DNA of 64,000 nt from Octopus sinensis (taxonomy: Eukaryota). The translations under genes were made by a program, and so were the position numbers. Positions 53,997-64,000 of the stretch are shown here, one piece after another (the first letter of the stretch is position 1; each line of letters starts with the position of its first letter). The stretch spans positions 22,940,001-23,004,000 of the forward strand of contig NC_043013.1 of NCBI RefSeq assembly GCF_006345805.1, given 5' to 3'. The notes beneath the pieces are model-generated. The model did no database searches, was not told where the DNA came from, and worked only from the letters and a program-made list of their open reading frames with translations.

Positions 53997-56074
53997 AATG
54001 GAGAAACATTTGGCAAATGAAGCAGGTTGAAGGTCGAAGGGAGAGTTTGAAAGGCAACTAGTTTAATTTAAACATAAGAAAACATAAGGAAAAATATAAT
54101 ATGTGCACTAAATATCACACATACAAAAAAATATACGAAAAAATAATCTGCTCTACATCTTGAACCTGTGAAAGAACAAAGGTAACATCAATCTTGAGCA
54201 GAAGTAAAAAAGCCAAGAGCACTGATAGTAATACTTTTATAAGGACATAAAATGAAAAAAAAGTCAAAGAACAACAACAACAACAAAAAAAAACGTCTAT
54301 GAGGAAAACTACCAATTCCTGGCAATAAAGATTAAATAAAATACTTGAAATAGAAGAACATTTATCGTAGTTCTGTTTAAAGAACAGCGATAAATGTTCA
54401 GAATTTGAATCTTGGTTACATGGAGATATCGCTGGAGAATAAAGACCGTCACTTTATCAAATTATCTGGGACACATCAAGACCCCCTTCGCATAAATCCG
54501 ATTGACATCGTACCGTTAGTGCTTCCGTTATAACTAAATGAGTTGAGTTAAAATGAAAGAAAAGGAAAAAATTACTGAACAAAAAAAAAACAAATCAAAG
54601 TAGGAAAATGTAATGTTAATTAAATCAACAGAACCTGTGTAGACGAAGATTTTAAAAAGTAAGAATTCTTGCATAGTTAACCTCCAGAAAAGTAACCTTC
54701 TAAATTTAACATAAAATCAGAGGAATCGTGGTTAAAAATAAACTGAAGCAGATTATACACAAGACGCCCTTTAGAGAATTTGAAGATACAAAAGAGAAAA
54801 AAAAAGAAACTCAATATAAAGCATTAACATAAGATGAGCAAAGGTTTTAAGAGAAAGATAAGAGAAATAAAGCTGAAGTATAGAATGTACTTTATTGGGT
54901 ACTAAGAGGAAGTTTTGGGTTATAAGAATTGTAAGAATAAAGCAGGAGGGATAACTGTCTTGGAAATAAATGTCAAGGAACATGACAATACGATAAGAGG
55001 AGAATATAAAAGAAATCTTTTTTAGAATTATATTGTTACTCAAAGAAAAATGTCCATCGTGCAGTTTTTTAGTGACTTAGACAATAATGGAATGGCAACG
55101 TTCAATGTTCTTTACTTGGTCTCTTAGAATGGTGAGGGGAAGAGAAAAAGCTATCTTTAAACCGAAAACATGGCCCAGATACATGCAACAGAGAAGAAAA
55201 CCAAGAGGCTGGTCGATAGATTAAATCTACCTCTAAAGATAAGAGAGGCCACTTTGACAATCATCGACAAGACATCCAGCTTTGAAATTTTATTTACTTT
55301 GGTTAACACTTGGCTATAGTAGCCGAATAGTAGTACCAAAGGTTCCAGCCACTTAGATTCCGACCGACCAAATATATGTCATATCAACGTCTCTTATCAA
55401 ATCAACATGCCTTGTCACATCAACGTACCCTATCAGATCGACGTACCCTGTCACATCGATACTGGAACCAATCACATGAACATGCCACAAAATTTCAATA
55501 CTGAACAATCGTAGCGAATTCCCTTCTTTTTTGATTCACATGAGATATATTTTCATTGCCAGTGTTATTCGCTTATCGATTCACATCATCGAGTCAGTTT
55601 TCATTCGAATTCGAAGCGCATTGGATTCCTATAAAATGGTGGTGCTTTTGAATGAAAACAAAAAAAAAAACAACTCGTCATTCATTTCATTTCAATCTTG
55701 CCTTTAAACCATACCAGCATCTAAGATTCTCTCATAACGAGTAAACATTGTTTCCCTCATTCATATCGTATCGGAAATATATATTTACTCTTAGTCGTGA
55801 GCCATTGTAATCGAGCAAGCTTAATATCCTAACTTGTTTATAAGGTTTTCTGTTTGTAAAATATAAAGAAAATGGAAAGAGACAGCAATTGTTACGCAAG
55901 GTTTTATGAGAAGTATTCTTAAGATTAATTTCCTGTAATAAGTCAGTTCCACCGTCTGGAAGGTGTTTTATAAGAATCGATTGAACCATCGTAAATCATA
56001 TTTGATTACTCCAGAGAAATAAAATAGTAAATTATCTAACATCATATTAGGTTTTAAAATCTTATATATATATA

Positions 56075-56113
<39 letters not shown>

Positions 56114-56749
56114 GCGTATGTGTACAAGGAAATGCTTGTATATTTTATATATATATGTAAATATATAAATATGTGTTGCTAAATGTATACACACATGCAC
56201 AAACATTAATATATATGTACACACACACATATGTGTATGTATATATATAAGTGTGCGTGTGTGAGTATTCACATACGTGTGTCTATCTTTCCATACGCAA
56301 ACATAAATGCATGTAAATTGTGAATGCACATTTCAATGCAAACACAGGAATGTGTAGACGTGTACATCGATGCACAAACTTTCATACTTACATACAGAAA
56401 TTTCTATAGAAACACAGAGATAGACTAATGTCTACTCACACGTGTTTCTGTATTTGCGTATATTCATATTCAAGCATATATGGGTATGTTGTGTGTGTGT
56501 GCGTGTGTGTGTGTGTGTGGTGTGTGTGTGTGTGAATATACGTATTTATGTATAAGGTTTGAAACCAAACCAGTAGCTCGCAGTATGGTTGCATTAAAAC
56601 TATTTGGTGTAAAGTATTGATTACGCGTTAATTGCACAGTGTAAGGTTTTGATTAAAGGTTGACATCAAACTGATCAGTGAGAGGGTCGAACAGGTTGAA
56701 TGGTACAAGTATTTTGGAGCTCAAATCTTTGATGAAGTCACATGTAACA

Positions 56750-57135
56750 AAGAAATTAGGACAGGCTCACCATAGCGAGAACGCCCATGGAAAATCGTAA
56801 TAACATCTGGAGCAGCAAAACCGTTCTTTGTAAATTAAAAACAAAGCAAGTACGAGCGCCCATTTGGCCAGTAGGCATTTGCGGTTGCAAAATATGGACT
56901 CTGAACAAATTCGTAGAGAATATAATGAATGCGTTTGAAATGTGGGCATTATAGGAGAATGTTACGAGTCTCTTACAAGGGACCATCGGACAAATGAATG
57001 TGTACTACAAGAGGTAAAAGATGACAACTGAACATTATGAAAAGAACAAAAACTCATCTATAGTGGCCATATTTGAAGAAGCAGAAGTCTGGAAAATACA
57101 ACTACATACATCCGAGCCAAAAGGGAGACCCTATA
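56750..57135 (+). mobile_element. Degraded RTE-clade LINE fragment
   Basis: IWPVGICGCKIWTL...MNAFEMWAL...HRTNECVLQEV...GHI, matching RTE YG.E.W...L.AFEMW..R...TNE.VL. Confidence 0.7.
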
Positions 57136-57856
57136 TGATGTGATTGAAATAGCAACGAAATATCCTTGAAATCACACCTTAGAGTTTTTTTTTAAATGGA
57201 AAGACATTGGAGAATAGAATACTAGATTAAAGATTAAATGGTCGTGGTTAGAATCCTTTTGGAGAATCCTTTTGATGATAGGTCGATCAATGCAGACCTG
57301 GTGTTCAACGCCGCCAACAACAGCTACACAAATGACAAGATTACATTCACGAATTCGACGGCAGATATTTTTTGCCACCACAGTCAAATAACAACCATTC
57401 CAAAAGGATACTAAACAATTTGTAGAAAGATAATTACATAAAATTTATGTTGCTTCAACACAAGTGATAAAATAGAATTCTTATGTGATCGATTAATATA
57501 ACAGAAAGGACAACAAATCTCTGCAGACGGAATAGACACAACTAAAATAACTGCAGTTCCTTTGATTCCTAAGCAAATCTGTTTACTTCTGTTCGTGTTT
57601 GTATATACTATAAATAGCGATTACGAAACTCTCTCTGGTCAGAAGATTGCCCTTTTATTGGTGAAGATCTAATAAATCCCAAAAGTAATCAGATCGAAAC
57701 CTTTCACCTCTACAGACGCTGAGAGAGGAATTCCTGAGAAGAAACCAATTCACTTTTTGTCGAAAGGTGAAGTTGCGAGTGTTAAAAAGATTCAAGTTAT
57801 ATTGTGAATTAAAAAAATATAAGCACCGGCGTATACGGGCGTGCATGAGTGCATGC

Positions 57857-57889
<33 letters not shown>

Positions 57890-58355
57890 CAGAGACAAAG
57901 AGAAAGACAGAGAGATTGTCATGTGTGTGTATATGTGTGTGTACGTGTGTGTGTGTGTGTGCAACAATGTACGTAGATATACATGTATGTAGATAAGTAG
58001 GTCGATAGGTAGGTATGTATATGCGAATTAGAAATATTCTGAAGATAGAGTGTGTGCGAACTGGTCTATATGTTTGCGTACGTATACATGGATGTCGTAG
58101 ACACACGACCATACTTGTTTCCTGTGTGCATGTGTGAGTGTGTATATCTGTGTGTGTGTGTGTTGTGCAACCGGAAACATCTCTAAATGGTAATTAAATT
58201 GCATTTGTGATTAATGAGACAACATTAGTGATTTCAGTTGTTTATCGAATCTAACAAACAGATTTTTGTTTTGCTTTCGAGAAGAAAATCATTTAGCTGC
58301 CTTTTGTTATTTTCGCTTGTTTTATGTTCTTTTTCTTATCATCATCATCATCATT

Positions 58356-58418
<63 letters not shown>

Positions 58419-59152
58419 GTCGTTGTCGTCATCATTATTTTTATTGTGATTATTTTCATTTCTTCTATAATTTGATAATTTTATAAGTATCGTTCGGTTT
58501 TCTCGAAATATCTGCTTATATCAAAATATATTCTTGTTTTTTTTGTTTTGTTTTGTTTTGTTTATTTTATGGTGTTGTTGGTGTGGTAGTTTCTAAAGTC
58601 GTAATTTTCTGCAAATAACAAAGGAAAGAGAATTTCACAAAGAGACGACACAGAAAAGGGAAAAAAAACATGAAATATGTTTTACACTGTTGCTGGAATT
58701 CTTTGGAGGATTGTGCATGGCGATGTAATTAATTTGAAATATGTAACTCGGTGATGACGAAAGATTTAGAAAATCTATTTGAATATACCAATAGGAAAAA
58801 ACGAACATCCAATCCCCCAACGGACCGGGATTATCTGTTTGCCGAGGAGTTTTAATATATTGTGTTTTATCATTCTCACATTATTCATGCAGATGTATTT
58901 TTAGGTATGTGGATAGACACACGGACAGACAGGCAGGCAGACAGACGGACATTCACGTACATGCATATATTGTTTCCTTACAAACTGGCCAACATATTTC
59001 AACTTTAAGATCCTCCTGTACATACATACATGCATGCATATAGACATGTGCATATGAATGTGCAAGAGAGCTCACACTTATTTCGGCAGTGTGTGATCAG
59101 ATGAATAAAACCGAATTGCTTCATGACGCGTGCAGTCAGTCATACAGTATAT

Positions 59153-59239
<87 letters not shown>

Positions 59240-59328
59240 GTGCAATACATAGATTATAAAGCAAATTATGTTTCTCTCTCTCATACACAAACACACACAT
59301 ATATGTAAGTATATATACACATATATAC

Positions 59329-59366
<38 letters not shown>

Positions 59367-59599
59367 GGTTTAAGTAATTGAGATTCAAGTGAATTCTAAT
59401 GAATTCACATGAATATATATATATATGTATGTATGTATATGTATATATATATATATATATATTATATTATATAATATAATATATACATTGTTACCTGCTT
59501 ATACACAGAATGTATATGTGTATATTATTTGTATGCACGAGTGTCTGTGTGTGTGTAAGTGTGTGCGTGTGTCTGTGTCTGTGTGTGTGCGTGCGTGTG

Positions 59600-59650
<51 letters not shown>

Positions 59651-60044
59651 GCGGATAGTGTGATTTTCTTATGCTGTTATAGTATTGCGTAATAACTACG
59701 AAACCACTGAATCAGCGCAGTGCTTCGAGGTGGGAATTACCTGATATATTTCCTCGCCATTATCTCGTCCAGAAGGACTTCAGTTCAACGTAGAAGATAT
59801 TATTTAGAAATATTATTACGAAATCAAAATGCCTAAAGGACCGCCTGTTACGAAACAGATATAAGAATTCTCCACGGAATGGCGCTTTTTACATCATAAC
59901 ATTAGTCATATGTACAATGTCTAGTTTTATTTGGAAACCTCCCACAGCCTTCACACTGCCATTGTTGTACAAATTACATAATTCTTTTCAAATTATATAA
60001 GGATTTGATCGAAACAGGTCCTTCATTTAAAGTACGCGCAAATC

Positions 60045-61390
60045 GAGGGAAAAGCGAGGAAAGATAGAGACGAAAATAGAAACTAGATATAAAAAACGAC
60101 AGACTCCGCGACAGCGAGAAAGACCGACAGCGAGAAAAGACCAAAAACAGACCAGGATATGGTAGTAAACAGACGAAGTAAGACACTGCAATTGAAAGAC
60201 AGATGCCTAAAAGAGACAACGAACTGAAAAAGACCAGAAGAGAGTGAGTCCATGACGAGACCAAGAAAAGAAGAAAAGAGTGAGACGCAAAAATGACCCA
60301 GGCAAAGAGTAAAGCAAGAACGGACCGAAACGAGACCATGCCATGGCAAAAATAAAAAAAAAAGATTCAAGAAAAGACAGAAAACGTGAAAAGGCGAAAA
60401 CATACCAATACCGAGAGCGGACGAAGAACTGAACGACACTAAGAACGGACCCAAAACAGATCGAGAAAGATTCAGGACCAGTTCGAGGAAAGAGTGAGAT
60501 GAGACCAAGTTAAAACTGAGAGGAGGCTGAAGACCAGGAAAATGTTATGACCAATAAGAAACCGAAATGAGACAAGGAAGAGGCGAAAAGCAGACTATGA
60601 AGGAAGTGAGAGAAGAGCAAGGAACATCGAGACAAACGACCAAGAGGAAAACCAGACGAAGAACAGATTGACACTGAGACCAAACCAAGTAAAAGACCGA
60701 AAGGAAGGAAAGACCGAAACCCGATGGAAAAATACTAAGAGTAAGTAAACACCAAGACGAAGAGCAGACGACCAAGAAAAGACCAGCAAAAAAAGATTGA
60801 AGTAAGGAAAGACCGACACCAGACCAAGAAGAAAATCGACATAAAAAAACCGAAACCCAAATCATACGAAGAAAAGACCGAGAACTAAGAAAATATTGGC
60901 AGGAAGATTAAGAAAAGAATGACACTAGACTAAGGAAAGATCAAGATGAGACCAACACAAGATGGAGGAGAGGAGCCTTGGAAGAGACCAAGACGAGAAT
61001 AAGATCAAACCAATAGAAAACAAAAAGAGAAAAAAAACTGAGACAAAGCCAAGAAAGGCTGAGACAAATACCAAGACCATCCTAAGAAGAGATCGAGATG
61101 AGACCAAGGAATCACCATGACCAAGAGAAAAAAGACTAGAAAAGATAGAAAGACGAGAGTGAAGCAAATCTACTTGGAACCAAGAAAAGAAAACTGAGTC
61201 TGAGGTCAGGCAAAGAAAAGACCGATAAGAATGAAAGACGTTGGGCAGACAAGAAAAGGGACACAGGAAAGGCCAAGTTCGGAAAATAGCAGGATCCGAG
61301 ACAAAGAAAAGACTAATGAGAGACTAAGAAAAGGCCGAGACGAAACTAAGAAAGGCTGAAACGAAAGCCACGCGAAGACACGACAAAGTA
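60045..61390. repeat. Degenerate purine-rich array built on GAGACCAAG/AAGACCGA-like words
   Basis: T-poor plus strand with recurring AGACC(A/G)A words; no fixed period visible. Confidence 0.7.
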
Positions 61391-61515
61391 AGGACTTCAG
61401 AACATTAAGCCGAAAGAAATGTTGCAAAGCACTTTATCCGGTGCGATAACGGTTCTGCCAGCTGTTGTATTATGATTTTGTATATTAAAAAATAAATAAA
61501 TAAATAATAATAATA

Positions 61516-61584
<69 letters not shown>

Positions 61585-61586
<2 letters not shown>

Positions 61587-61722
61587 CCTCAGTTACAACA
61601 GGATCAATGTGAAGGAAGGAAAAATAAACAACTATGACGATTTGAAGTAGGAAATAGGAAGGTTGTGGTCAATGAAGAGAGTGGACGTGATACCAATAGT
61701 AATTGGTGCACTTGGAAGTATA
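61585..61722 (+). mobile_element. Short R4/Dong RLE fragment adjoining (AAT)n
   Basis: KINNYDDLK*EIGRLWSMKRVDVIPIVIGALGSI. Confidence 0.75.
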
Positions 61723-62040
61723 CCATATTTTAAGATAAAATTTATGGTTCCTGTTAGGCTTGTGTCCAAAATATTAGTTCTGAAATATTCGGCCGGTGGA
61801 TAAATAGGATATGTAGCTGGAAGTAAAATCTCTCTGGTAGAAGCGACCACAACGAAAACTGCATTTTATTTCAGTTAATCAATGGCAAATAAATAATTAA
61901 AAGCTTCAGCTGAACAAACCTCTTTAAATCGTATGATGGAAGACATTGACGAGACTTGCCAGACCTGCGTAACCGTATACACAACGATTTTGTCCAATGT
62001 GAGAAGGGCTGATTGTGCGTGGCTGCGTATGTATATATAA

Positions 62041-62087
<47 letters not shown>

Positions 62088-62093
<6 letters not shown>

Positions 62094-62218
62094 GTGACAA
62101 TTATTCGGTAGCCAAGATAAAACTCCGAGTTTCGGATGCCGAGGAGGTGGAAATCCACGCCACCATCTCTTTCCACCTCGGAGTTTTATCTTGGTTACCG
62201 AATAATTGTCACATAATA
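62088..62218. repeat. Long inverted repeat (42-bp arms, 1 mismatch)
   Basis: 62088-62129 versus the reverse complement of 62177-62218; additional inner pairing GAGGTGGAAA/TTTCCACCTC. Confidence 0.9.
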
Positions 62219-62290
62219 CATTTACAGATAAATTCCTCTATTTACATAATATCGGTCTCTTTCTTTCTTTTGTATCTTACCGTTTTATCA

Positions 62291-62321
<31 letters not shown>

Positions 62322-62335
62322 ATATATTATATATA

Positions 62336-62384
<49 letters not shown>

Positions 62385-63104
62385 CTCTCGTATTAAATAT
62401 AGAAATACTTTAATAGTATTATACTTTGATACAAAAGAGTACTCAAAATAAATTCAGTATATAATATTCTTATCGAATATATTTAACTAAAGTATATAAC
62501 AACATACATTTACATATATATATATATAATATTATATATATAAAATGTATATTGTGTATGTAGTGTATGTGTAAAAGGAGGAGTTTATCTTATCCACTTT
62601 TCTGAAAAGGACTCAATACATTTGGAATGTAGAATGTCAATAAAACTAAGTAAAAAGAAATGTACGATGAGTGACGAGGTGTCAGAGCGCCAGGAAAATA
62701 GCCAGTTATAAATCATCAGATTTTGATGCAATGTGTGTGCATGTGTGCGCGCGCGAGCGTGTGTGTGTACACTTTTATACCTCAATGAGAATAATTACTG
62801 TTGAATTGTAACAACATATGTTTATGACAAACTGCGTAGATACCTTATTTTCTCTGTTTGTATGAAATTGTATTTACGTACACAGATTGCTACACAAGAG
62901 GCATTTCGTATATTCATATGCGTTGACAAGACTTTTAAAATTACTTGATTTATTAGATTCAACATAATGCGAAATAAATCATACCTGCACATATCTTACA
63001 AAGGATGAAGATCACCTGTCAAGGGAGATAACTTGAAGACATCATTGCCTCAATTTAAGCCACTGCGACTGTTTTGGATCTGGATTCAAATACTTTAAAG
63101 TTAC

Positions 63105-64000
63105 AAAAGCCTTCAGTATCTGTTTGGTTTTTTTGGTTTTTACACCGAGAGCTTTCCAATATCTCGAGATCCCTGATACGGTCCTTCTACTTAATGCCAT
63201 AGATCCGCCTGAGACACATCTCATGGAACCGTTCCGGTTGTTTAAGGTTGTATCGATATGTGACCCACGTCTCGCAGGCATAGAGAAGAGAAGAGAGCAC
63301 ACATGCCTTGTACACCTTTATCTTTGTCTTTCTGCATATGTCTCGCCGACTCCAGAGGCGCCTTTCTAGCCTTCCGAAATCATCACTTGCTTTCCTAATT
63401 CTGTATGGAATTTTATTATCCAAATTGCTATATATATTAACAGTGCTTCCCAGGTAGACAAACTGATCAGCTACATCAAGTAGTTTACCATACACATAGA
63501 CATTTGATACAGTATACTGCTTACCAGAGGCAGGTTGGTACATGACAACAGTTTTCTTGAGACTGACTGTCAATCCTAAGGCAGTGCAAGCATCAAAGAA
63601 TGCATTCAAAATGTGTTGCATATCAATCTCTATACAAAAAGTCTCTTATGATAGAGGTAAATACCTTTGTTTTTGCAGCAAAGCGCTTGATATTAAATAT
63701 GCTGCCTGAGGTTTGATAATGGATGTAAACACCATATCTGCAGTTTCTGGAGGCAATACAGAAGACCATCGCAAAATATATGGCAAATAGGGTCGGTGCC
63801 AGATTATCCCCCTGTTTCACTCCATTTTGTATTGAGATAGGCTCCGACATTTTTCCTCTAACATTAACTCTACCCTTCATGTCTTCATGAAAAGACCTAA
63901 CCAAAGCAAGGAACTTTTCAGGACACCTAAGTTTCTGGATGACTTTCCACAGTGCATTTCTATTAACGGTATCAAAGGCATTTGTCAGATCGACAAAAAC
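63105..64000 (-). mobile_element. RTE-clade (BovB-like) LINE RT fragment, extends beyond the window
   Basis: FVDLTNAFDTV, GVKQGDNLAPTLF, decayed YADD with frameshift, GLTVSLKKT, FVYLGS, LLYACETW. Confidence 0.9.

Noticed and set aside
59974-61427. Hydrophobic, membrane-protein-like minus-strand ORFs
   Set aside because: They overlap in several frames and result from the pyrimidine-rich strand lacking stops.

Overview
This window is eukaryotic, not prokaryotic: AT-rich, microsatellite-saturated animal DNA whose SINE, LINE and simple-repeat content strongly suggests an octopus intergenic or intronic region (recognition, not verified). There is a 100-N gap at 6872-6971. No complete host gene, rRNA, true tRNA or CRISPR array is supported. 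Almost all ORFs in the track are translated microsatellites or antisense reads of transposons. Supportable content: LINE remnants (one young CR1; several R4/Dong, RTE and a Tx1/L1-like fragment), Penelope-like remnants including an RT fragment missed by the ORF track and two hammerhead-ribozyme-like cores, Tc1/mariner fragments and MITE/foldback elements, and about 25 copies of three tRNA-derived SINE families. The most interesting structures are a SINE family that forms head-to-tail multimers (one inside a 15-bp TSD, one 1.15-kb array with a dimeric higher-order repeat and a recurrent palindromic junction), the hammerhead-like motifs, repeated (TA)n-bounded tandem duplications, a 1.3-kb strand-biased purine array, and a few unverified exon-like islands. 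I did not find a convincing wholly new biological system.
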